Source: Malacoraja senta
Taxonomy: Eukaryota
DNA: 64,000 nucleotides
Direction of reading: 5' to 3'
NCBI GenBank assembly: GCA_038087875.1
Contig: JAXLNO010000130.1
Coordinates: 1-64,000 of the forward strand
Every line of letters begins with the position of its first letter. Position 1 is the first letter of the stretch. The notes under the pieces were generated by a model. The model saw nothing but the letters and a program-made list of their open reading frames with translations. It did no database searches and was not told where the DNA came from. Shown here piece by piece: positions 25,551 through 35,662 of the stretch. The position numbers were made by a program, and so were the translations under genes.

Positions 25551-26119
25551 TCCTTGCCTCAGGTTGATGTATATTGAGACAATGACCGGTGCCGTTGAAA
25601 TGTGTCTACCAATTGATAAGAGAGACAAGCTCAGACTCGTCGTGTAGTGATGTGTATTGACTGAATCTTGTGACCATGACATAGCTTTGAAATATGATTA
25701 AGTGATGTGACCATGGCAAACATCTTTGGAATTTGATTAAGTGACACACAGTATAAAAACACCATGCAAAACTTTGTTCATTGAAGTGGTAGCACGGGGG
25801 TGTCAAGTGTCTGTAGCTCACTTGACTGGTGTATCCCCGTCACTTCCGCCGGCCGATGATCAGTAAAGCTTGAGTTGGTTTACCTAACCTTTTTGTGAGT
25901 TGTCTGTTTAATAAGTATTGAACCTTATCACTGCCTGCCCCGCTGAGTTACTCCAGCATTTTGTGTCCAGCTTGACAATAATAAACCAGCAGGCAACAGC
26001 ATTGGTGGAGGGCAGGGATTGAACTAGGGACCCTGGAGGTGTGAGGACAGCAGCTTTACCCGCTGCGCCACCATATATGTGGAGCATCCACAGCGCTGGG
26101 CGCCGGGAGATAAAGGTAC

Positions 26120-28241
26120 CTGGAAGGGGATGGCGTTTGGTGGACACATGGTGAGACGTTCGTTTTTTCCTGTGGGCTCTGTCATGCGGGAGGACAGAGG
26201 ACTTCGGCCTGTCAGGCTGCTGATGCCCCAGCTTCATGTTGAGCTGCACCAGGTGCTCCTTGATCAGCGCGTACTCCGCATGCGCGGGGTGCCGGTGGTG
26301 ACGCCGTCGGCAGGGCTGCGCATGCGGAGAGCCACCTGGACTGGCGTCGGCACCGCGCGGCAGAGGGGCAGCCCCGTTCTCCCCCGCGCTGGTCCGCGGG
26401 TGGTCAGCGCCGTGCTGCCGCCGCTGCTCCCTCTCTGCGCGCGTCACTCGGTACCCAGAATGCCGCTGCTGGCGGCCATCTTGTTGGTCCCTCTCTTCGC
26501 ATTGAGGCTGACAGGCGGCATGGGGTTTTTGTAGGCCATCTTGTTGGTCCTTCTCTCCACACTGAGGGGCAGCCTGACGATGTTGGCGGCCATCTTGTTG
26601 GTCCTTCTCTCCACACTGAGGGGCTGCGTGACGCTGTTGGCGGCCATCTTGTTGGTCCTTCTCTCCACCCTGAGGGGCTGCGTGATGCTGTTGGCGGCCA
26701 TCTTGTTGGTCCTTCTCTTCACACTGAGGGGCTGCGTGACGCTGTTGGCGGCCATCTTGTTGGTCCTTCTCTCCACACTGAGGGGCAGCCTGACGATGTT
26801 GGCGGCCATCTTGTTGGTCCTTCTCTCCACACTGAGGGGCTGCGTGACGCTGTTGGCGGCCATCTTGTTGGTCCCTCTCTCCACACTGAGGGACAGCCTG
26901 ACGCTGTTGGTGGCCATCTTGTTGGTCCCTCTCTCCACACTGAGGGGCAGCCTGACGCTGTTGGCGGCCATCTTGTTGGTCCCTCTCTCCACACTGAGGG
27001 GCAGCCTGACGCTGTTGGCGGCCATCTTGTTGGTCCCTCTCTCCACACTGAGGGGCTGCGTGACGCTGTTGGCGGCCATCTTGTTGGTCCCTCTCTCCGC
27101 ACTGAGGGGCAGCCTGACGCTGTTGGCGGCCATCTTGTTGGTCCTTCTCTCCACACTGAGGGGCTGCGTGACGCTGTTGGCGGCCATCTTGTTGGTCCTT
27201 CTCTCCACACTGAGGGGCTGCGTGACGCTGTTGGCGGCCATCTTGTTGGTCCCTCTCTCCACACTGAGGGGTCACGTGATGATGTTGGCGGCCATCTTGT
27301 TGGTCCCTCTCACCGCACTGAGGGGCAGTGTAACGCTGTTGGCGGCCATCTTGTTGGTCCCTCTCTCCGCGCTGTGGTTGAGAGATAGCATGACGGTGTT
27401 GGCGGCGATCTTGTTGGTCCCACTCTCTGCTTTGAGACTGAGGGGCGGCATGAGGCTGGCGGCCATCTTGTTGGTCCCTCTCCCCGCACTGTGGCTGAGG
27501 AGCATCGTGACGATTTTGGCGGCCATCTTCTTGGTCCCTCTCCTCGCACTGTGGCTGAGAGGCAGCGTGGTGCTGTTGGCGGCCATCTTGTTGGTCCCTC
27601 TCCCTGCACTTTGGCTGAGGGAAATCGTGACGATGTTGGCGGCCATCTTGTTTGTCCCTCTCCCCGCACTGTGGCTGAGGGGCATCGTGACGATGGTGGC
27701 GGCCATCTTGTTGGTTCCTCTCCCCGCACTGTGGCTGAGGGACATCGTGATGATGTTGGCGGCCATCTTGTTGGTCCCTCTCCCCGCACTGTGGCTGAGG
27801 GATATCGTGACGTTGTTGGCGGCCATCTTGTTGGTCCCTCTCCCCGCCCTGTAGCTGAGGGGGGGAGTGACAATCTTGGCGGCGGCCATCTTGTTGGAAC
27901 CATTGTCTGCTATGAGACTGAAGGGCAGCGTGGTGCTTTCGGAGGCCATCTTGTTGGTCCTTGTCCCCGCACTCGGGCTGAGGGGCGGCGTGTTGTTGTT
28001 GGCGGCCATCTTGTTGGTCCCTTTCCCCGCATTGGGTCTGCGGGGCAGCGTGGCACTTTTGGCGGCCATCTTGTTGGTCCCGCTCGCCGCCCTCCTGCCG
28101 TTGCCAGGCCTGGGCCTGCGGTTGCCGGTCTCCGCACGCCCGGCGGTCGAGCCACGGGCTCCGGTCTGACTTCTCCCGCGGCGTGGCCTCGTCCTCCTCC
28201 TCCGCCGCCACCGCTGTCGGCAGCTGCTCGGAGCGGGCATT
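26120..28241 (-). CDS. Putative giant repeat exon E (2122 bp) encoding about 29 Gln/Arg/His/Cys-rich repeats PQ(PQ)CGE(R/K)DQQDGRQQRHAA
   Basis: Lies within the 798-aa ORF 25908-28304; acceptor TTTCTCCCTCACAG then AAT (phase 0); candidate donor AG|GTACCT (phase 1) fits exon F; length variants preserve frame. Confidence 0.65.
26465..28085. repeat. Minisatellite of 54-bp (left) and 60-bp (right) units with core GGCGGCCATCTTGTTGGTCC
   Basis: Directly visible tandem array of about 29 units. Confidence 0.95.
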
Positions 28242-28636
28242 CTGTGAGGGAGAAACGATAAATAAATGAATGTGAACCCGAGGTAAAAAATCCAAAGTAA
28301 ACATCTCCTCTTAACGTTGAAAAATAAAGTCACAGACTTGTGTTGTCTGAGATAAAATGTCCATGGAACGGACAAAACTGAAGATCTGTGACTAAATCGG
28401 AGGTAAATATCCCTGTAACACACATTGGTAGTGTCACACTTGTCCTTATGCGCTCAGTTAATTATCCTTTTACCACATAGACATCATATTTGAGACTCTA
28501 TCTCCAATATAAATGTCCCTTTAATACTTGGAACGAGAGTCACGGATACATCCTTATGTTGTCCAAGGTAAATATCCCCCTAACGTTCATAAATAGAGTC
28601 ACAAACGTGTGTTGTCCGAGATAAATGTCCATTTTA

Positions 28637-29644
28637 CAATAGACAATAGACAATAGACAATAGGTGCAGGAGTAGGCCATTCGGCCCTTCGAGCCAGCAC
28701 CGACATTCAATGTGATCATGGCTGATCATCCCCAATCAGTACCCCGTTCCTGCCTTCTCCCCATATCCCCTGACTCCGCTATCTTTAAGAGCCCTATCTA
28801 GCTCTCTCTTGAACGCATCCAGAGAACCTGCCTCCACCGCCCTCTGAGGCAGAGAATTCCACAGACTCACAACTCTCTGTGAGAAAAAGTGTTTCCTCGT
28901 CTCCGTTCTAAATGGCTTACCCCTTATTCTTAAACTGTGGCCCCTGGTTCTGGACTCCCCCAACATCGGGAACATGTTTCCTGCCTCTAGCATGTCCAAA
29001 CCTTTAACAATCTTATATGTTTCCATAAGATTCCCTCTCATCTTTCTAAACTCCAGAGTATATAAGCCCAGCCGCTCCATTCTCTCAGCATATGACAGTC
29101 CCACCATCCCGGGAATTAACCTTGTAATCCTACGCTGTACTCCCTCAATAGCAAGAATGTCATTCCTCAAATTAGGGGATCAAAACTGCACACAATACTC
29201 CAGGTGTGGTCTCATTAGGTCCCTGTACAACTGCAGAAGGACCTCTTTGCTCCAATACTCGACTCCTCTCGATATAAAGGCCAACATGCCATTCGCTTTC
29301 TTCACTGCCTGCTGTACCTGCATGCTTACTTTCATAGACTGATGAACATGGACCCCCAGATCCCGTTGTACTTCCCCTTTTCCCAACTTAACACCATTTA
29401 GATAATAATCTGCCTTACTGTTTTTGCTACCAAAGTGGATAACATCACATCTATCCACATTAAACTTCATCTGCCATGCATCTGCCCACTCACCCAACCT
29501 GTCCAAGTCATCCTGCATTCTCACAGCATTCTCCTCATAGTTCACACTGCCACCCAGCTTTGTGTCATCTGCAAATTTGCTAATGTTACTTTGAATCCCT
29601 TCATCCAAATCATTGATGTATATTGTAAATAGCTGCGGTCCCAG
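28637..29644 (-). mobile_element. CR1 LINE subfamily A fragment
   Basis: ORFs 29180-29608 (KFADDTKL) and 28736-29170; CAATAGA tail. Confidence 0.9.
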
Positions 29645-30375
29645 ACTCTATTAAATATTAAACAGATTTTTTGAGTTAGTTAGATACGATGTCTATATGG
29701 GATTCTCTGGAATTTAGAAGGATGAGAGGGCATCTTATTGAAACATATAAGATTATTAAGGGTTTGGACAGGTTAGAGGCAGGAAACATGTTCGAGGAAA
29801 CACTTTTTCTCACAGAGAGTTGTGAGTCTGTGGAATTCTCTGCCTCAGAGGGCGGTGGAGGCCGGTTCTCCAGATACTTTCAAGAGAGACCTAGATAGGG
29901 CTCTTAAAGATAGCGGAGTGAGGGGATATGGGGAGAAGGCAGGAACGGGGTACTGATTGTGGATGATCAGCCATGATCACATTGAATGGCGGTGCTGGCT
30001 CGGAGGGCCGAATGGCCTATTCCTGCACCAATTGTCTATTGTCTATTTATAATGGAGTCTACACAATGGAATTGTGGGGGGGCAGCCTACATCTACTGAC
30101 GTTGCTACCGTTCTGAATGGAGGAATGAATGAATGTTCTCAATATTTTTCTCTTGCCAGGGTAATTGAGATAAATATCTATTGTCTGCTGTCTATAACAT
30201 TTAAGAGCCATTTCGTAATGTTTAAGAGACATTTGGACAGGTACATGGATAGGAAAGGTTCAGTTGGATACTGGGGCAAATGTGGGCAGGTGGGACTAGT
30301 GTATTGTTCGCTGTGGGCAAGTTAGGCCGAGGGGCCTGTTGCCGTGCTGAGTGGCTCCATGAAAGAAATACTCGC

Positions 30376-30468
30376 ATCTGCCTGGACCTTTTCCTTCAAT
30401 GCTGTTGCAAGGTCTTTGATCTTCCTGTCATCTTGGCAGGATTTCAGTTTCAGGGCATCTATTTCATC
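30376..30468 (-). CDS. Putative exon D (coiled coil: DEIDALKLKSCQDDRKIKDLATALKEKVQAD)
   Basis: Acceptor TTCTCTTTCAG, phase 0; donor is either GAT|GCGAGT (exon end 30376) or AAG|GTCCAG (exon end 30388), both phase 0. Confidence 0.6.
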
Positions 30469-30544
30469 CTGAAAGAGAACATTCAGTCAGTTTAGAGGAC
30501 CGGCGATGAGAATGAAGCTTATAAACTGACATAAAAGGCATCTG

Positions 30545-31455
30545 TAGGTAGACACAAATTGCCGGATTAACTCATCAGGTGAGGCAGCATCTATGGAGAG
30601 AAGGAATAGGAGACCTTTCTTCAGACTGATGTCGGGGGTTGGGGGGGGAAGGTAAATTAAAGGAAGAGGCGGAGACAGTGGGCTGTGGGAGAGCTGGGAA
30701 GGGGAAGGAAAGGAGGGAGAAAGCAAGGGCTATCTAAAATTAGATAAGTCAATGTTCATACCGCTGGGGTGTAAACTATCTAAGCGAAATATGAGGTGCT
30801 GCTCCTCCAATTTACGGTGGGACTCACTCTGGCCATGGAGGAGGCCCAGGACAGAAAGGTCGGATTCGGAATGGGAGGGGGAGTTGAAGTGCTGAGCCAC
30901 CGGGAGATCAGGTTGGTTAATGCGGACCGAGCGGAGGTGTTGGTCTCACCGATGTAGAGCAGCTGACACCTAGAGCAGCGGATGCAATAGATGAGGTTGG
31001 AGGAGATGCAGGTGAACCTCTGCCTCACCTGGAACGACTGCTTGGGTCCTTGGATGGAGTCGAGGGGGGAGGTAAAGCGACAAGTGTAGCATTTCCTGCG
31101 GTTGCAAGGGAAAGTGCCCGGAGAGGGGGTGGTTTGGGTGGGAAGGGACGAATTGACCAGGGAGTTACGGAGGGAGCGGTCTCTGTGGAAAGCAGACAGG
31201 GGAGGAGATGGGAAGATGTGGCCAGTAGTGGGATCCCGTTGGAGGTGGCGAAAATGTCAGTGGATTATCTGTTGTATGCGACGGCTGGTGGGGTGGAAGG
31301 TGAGGACAAGGGGGGCTCTGCCCTTGTTACGAGTGGGGGGATGGGGAGTGAGAGGGGAGTTACGGGGTATAGAAGAGACCCTGGTGAGAGCCTCATCTAT
31401 TGTAGAAGGGGGACCCCCGTTCCCTAAAGAATGAGGACATCTCCGATGCCCTGGT
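30545..31455 (-). mobile_element. Penelope-like element fragment (GIY-YIG endonuclease region)
   Basis: RQRFTCISSNLIYCIRCSRCQLLYIGET and RAPLVLTFHP on the minus strand. Confidence 0.85.
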
Positions 31456-31714
31456 ATGATCCCCTCCACCTTCCCAGCCCAGTCTCCTCCTCTTCCTTTG
31501 TTTTTCCCCGCCCCTCCCCCACCCGTGACATCAGTGTGAAGGGTCTCGACATGAAACGTCGCCTATTCCTTCTCTCCATAGATGCTGCCTCGGTCACTGT
31601 CCACGGATCGGTACAGATCAATAAGCTTACAGGCATTATTTGGAACATTGCATGCAGTTCTGGTCACGTCGGCCTTGGAAAGTGTGCAGAAGAGGCGGGT
31701 AACTCTAACAGCAT

Positions 31715-32260
31715 GTACATAGAAAATAGGTGCAGGAGGAGGCCATTCGGCCCTTCGAGCCAGCACAGCCATTCACTGTGATCATGGCTGATCGTCCCCT
31801 ATCAATAACCCGTGCCTGCCTTTTCCCCATATCCCTTGACTCCACTAGCCTCTAGAGCTCTATCTAACTCTCTCTTAAATCCATCCAGTGACTTGGCCTG
31901 CACTGCCCTCTGTGGCAGGGAATTCCACAAATTCACAACTCTTTGGGTGAAAAAGTTTTTTCTCACCTCAGTTTTAAATGACCTCCCATTTATTCTAAGA
32001 CTGTGGCCCCTGGTTCTGGACTCGCCCAACATTGGGAACATTTTTCCTGCATCTAGCTTGTCCAGTCCTTTTATAATTTTATATGTTTCTATAAGATATC
32101 CCCTCATCCTTCTAAACTCAAGGTGAATACAAGCCTAGTCTTTTCAATCTTTCCTCATATGACAGTCCCGCCATCCCAGGGTTCAATCTCGTGAACCTAC
32201 GCTGCACTGCCTCAATCACAAGGTTGGCCTTCCTCAAATTAGGAGACCAAAACTGTACAC
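31715..32260 (-). mobile_element. CR1 LINE 3' fragment
   Basis: ORF 31802-32107 RGYLIETYKIIKGLDKLDAGK..WNSLP. Confidence 0.85.
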
Positions 32261-33082
32261 TTGGACAGGTACATGGATCGGAAATGTTTAGATGGACATA
32301 GGCTAAACGCGGGCAAGTGGGACTAGCTTAGGTGTGGCATCTTGGGGGGTCAGTATGGATGAGATGGGCTGAAGGACCTGTTTCTGAGCTGTATGACTCC
32401 CTGACAGAGGTCGATGCACAAAGTTATCCTTCTGTTATTCAAAATAGGAGAGAGAGGGAGAGAGAGGTAGAGAGAGGGAGAGAGAGGGAGAGAGAGGGAG
32501 GGAGAGGGAGAGATACTCTAAAATTGAATAGGAAACTGAAGGGCAACTTTTTCACACAGGGAATGGTTGTAACGACATCTACAACACACCTGGACAGGTG
32601 CATGGATGGGGCAAGTTTAGATGGATATGGGCTAAATGCCAATAGGTGGGACCAGTGTCGATGGGGATCCTGGTCGGCAAGGGCAGGTTGGGCCGAAGGG
32701 CCTGTTTGCGTGCTGTACGACGCTGCTGCATTCCTCCTGCATCTAGTTTATCCAGTCTTCACAAGTCCTAGTAGAATTAGGCCATTCGGCCCATCGAGTC
32801 TACTCCGCCATTCAATCATGGTCTTATTTCTTCCTCTCCTCCCGCCCTGTCGCCCCAACCTCCCCTCTGCACCTCCGAACCCGTCTGTTAGAAAGTTGTA
32901 CATTCCGATGAGATCCTTGCCCATTTCTCTCAAAGTCAGTGCATGTAATAAGCTAATTGACCCAACCACTCTGCGCATTTCAGAACCCAACGTTCCCCAA
33001 GCGGGTCTAGTTTCAATGGGATATCTTCGTCGGCACGGGCGAGTTGGGCCGAAGGGCCTGTTTGCGTGCTCTATGACTAAAG

Positions 33083-33385
33083 GGGTGGCACTGTAACGCA
33101 GTCGAGTTGCTGCCTCACAGCGCCAGAGACCCGGTACTATCCTAACTACGGGTGCTGTCTGTACGGAGTTTGTACGTTCTACCCCAGTGACCGCGTGGGT
33201 TTTCTCCGGGTGCTCCGGTTTCCTCCCACACTCTAAAGAAGTACAGGTTTGTAGGTTCAATGGCTTTGGTAAAAATTGTAAATTGTCTCTAACGCGTAGG
33301 ATAGCGCTGGTGTGCGGGGTTGGCCGCTGGTCAACATGGGCTCAATGGGCCGAAAGCCTCCTTGCACGCTGTACCTCTGAAGTCT
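33083..33385 (+). mobile_element. HE1-like tRNA-derived SINE
   Basis: Head GGTGGCAC..GAGTTGCTGCCTCACAGCGCCAGAGACCCGG and conserved body GGGTTTTCTCCGGGTGCTCCGGTTTCCTCCCACA. Confidence 0.65.
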
Positions 33386-33387
33386 AA

Positions 33388-33844
33388 AGGGCCTGTCCCA
33401 CTTGCATGCGATTGCATGCTTTTGGCGCGACCAAACGGAAACGGAGTACGCGCTAAGTACGCGCTAAGTTCGCGCGTCACGTCATTTGCGTCATGCTTAC
33501 CAATCAGCTGGGCAGGAGGCGGGCCGACTGAATCTGGGTGTCGCACGGCGTCGGGCGGTGACGTCATCACGCAACATCACGCCGGGCGGTGACGTCATCG
33601 CACAACGCCACGCGCTAGGCGTACGCCGTCCAGGCGCTGCGTACGACCGCAATGCGCCTGCGTGCCGACAGGCCGTTGGCGCGTGAAGATTTCGGACACT
33701 GTCAGATTTTCGGAGCCCCACGCGATGTCGGGACCAGCGCTTCTAAGTGGGACCGGCCCCACGTGGCCATACGGTGCCCGTACGCGAGCGATCACGTTTG
33801 GTCGTGCCAAACGCATGCAATCGCTTGCAAGTGGGACAGGCCCT
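33388..33844. mobile_element. Complete PIF/Harbinger-type MITE (457 bp)
   Basis: TIR of about 35 bp AGGGCCTGTCCCACTTGCATGCGATTGCATGC / GCATGCAATCGCTTGCAAGTGGGACAGGCCCT; TAA TSD on both sides. Confidence 0.88.
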
Positions 33845-34149
33845 TAACGCTCAAGAACATAGACCTAGTTGACCCAACCGCTGAGTGCAAGTGAAGGCCC
33901 AAGGCTTCTCAAATGGGACTCGCTGAGATGGGACATCTTGGTCCCGTGTGGACATGTTGGGCCAAGGGGCCTATTAGCGTGTCATATGACTCCACAACTA
34001 ATGGGACTGGCTGGTCTTCCCCCTCATCGCCAAGAGCTGGAGCCTAGCGGAATGAGGCATGGAATAAGGTCTCCCCCATGCCCACCCCGCATGCCGTACC
34101 TCCCTTCATCCTACTGATGGTGGATGGTTCTCCAGGTTAATTCCCGGGA

Positions 34150-34730
34150 TGGCCCTAATGAGACCACACCTGGAGTATTGTGTGCAGTTTTGGTCCCATA
34201 ATTTGAGGAAGGACATTCTTGCTATTGAGGGAGTGCAGCGTAGGTTCACGAGGTTATTTCCCGGGATGGCGGGACTGTCATATGCTGAGAGAATGGAGCG
34301 GCTGGGCTTGTACACTCTGGAATTTGGAAGGATGAGAGGAGATCTCATTGAAACATATAAGATTATTAAGGGATTGGACACGCTAGAGGCAGGAAACATG
34401 TTCCCGATGTTGGGGGAGTCCAGAACCAGGGGCCACAGTTTAAGAATAAGGGGTAAGCCATTTAGAACGGAGACGAGGAAACACTTTTTCACACAGAGAG
34501 TTGTGAGTCTTTGGAATTCTCTGCCTCAGAGGGCGGTGGAGGTCGGTTCTCTGGATACTTTCAAGAGAGAGCTGGATAGGGCTCTTAAAGATAGCGGATA
34601 TGGGGAGAAGGCAGGAACGGGGTACTGATTGGGGATGATCAGCCATGATCACATTGAATGGCGGTGCTGGCTCGAGGGGCTGAATGGCCTACTCCTGCAC
34701 CTGTTGTCTATTGTCTATTGTCTATTGTCT
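34150..34730 (+). mobile_element. CR1 LINE subfamily A 3' fragment
   Basis: ORF 34149-34628; tail ends about 10 bp from the exon C donor. Confidence 0.88.
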
Positions 34731-34742
34731 ACCTCCACCCAC

Positions 34743-34853
34743 CTTCAGCCGTGCCTCCACTGTATCCAGCTTCTTCGTCTCCAGGTGAAACGCTCCTTTC
34801 ATTGCCTCCAGCTGCTCCTTGAGGAACATCCAGCGGTATTCTGACCTCTCCAG
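34743..34853 (-). CDS. Putative exon C (coiled coil: LERSEYRWMFLKEQLEAMKGAFHLETKKLDTVEARLK)
   Basis: Acceptor CCCTCACAG, donor AAG|GTGGGT, 111 bp, phase 0-0, heptad-like L/E/K composition. Confidence 0.7.
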
Positions 34854-35586
34854 CTGTGAGGGCAATTCAGAACTTCCATTTACATTTCCCATCCCACCTC
34901 CTTCTAAAGCACCCGGTGGTTTTTTTTAATAGATCATCGGTACTGTCGGAATGTTGGAAACAGGGCCAAGGGGGTGATGTGCACGCTGGCGCAGCGGGTA
35001 GAGCTGCTTCCTCACAGCGCCAGGGACCCGGGTTCCATCCTGACTACGGGTCTCGTCTGTACGGAGTTTGTATTTTTTCCTCTATCGGACCGTGTGGGTT
35101 TTCCCCAGGTGCTCCGGTTTCCTTCCACACTCCAAAGAGACAACTAGCTTTGTAGGTCGATTGGCTTTGGTAAAATTGCAAACTGTCCCTAGTGTGTGTA
35201 GAGGATAGACCCAAAATGCTGGAGTAACCCAGCGGGACGGGCAGCATCTCTGGAGAGATGGAATTGAGGATGCTTTGGGTGGGATCTGGATGGGATAGCG
35301 GGACTGAAGAAGGGTTCTGACCCAAAACGTCGCCCTGTTCCGTTTTCTCCAGAGATGCTGCCTGCCTGACCCGCCGAGTTACTCCAGCATTTTGTTCCCG
35401 TCAAATCTTTCCCCATCTCACCTTAAAACTGGTCCCCCTCCAGTCCTTGAATCCCACACCCCTGGGTAAATCTCAAGCACCTTGGCTTCTACGTACACGA
35501 GAGTCAGAGAGCAGAGGGAGGTGAAGGTAGGGGCCAGAATGGCCGGTCTGACTGCCATCCTCTCCATGTTGGGACGGCCCACTCAC

Positions 35587-35662
35587 CAGCTGTTTGAGAG
35601 AGTCGGATGACTGGAGAACCCGCTTGTTTTCCAGCAGGAGCAGAGACTCCCTCTCTTGAAGC
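35587..35662 (-). CDS. Putative exon B (coiled coil: (K)LQERESLLLLENKRVLQSSDSLKQL)
   Basis: Acceptor TGTTTTTCCGCAG, donor CTG|GTGAGT, 76 bp, phase 2-0, matching exons A and C. Confidence 0.7.

Noticed and set aside
25565..25929. Solo LTR (TG..CA ends, TATA-like and poly(A)-like motifs)
   Set aside because: No TSD or second copy in the window, so it cannot be supported
26541..27854. 437-aa multi-pass membrane protein on the + strand
   Set aside because: Antisense shadow of the repeat array; no splice or start context and no unique flanking coding sequence
26465..28085. CRISPR-like array (constant core with variable interspaces)
   Set aside because: The interspaces are homologous to each other, the array is an in-frame minisatellite in a vertebrate context, and there are no cas genes
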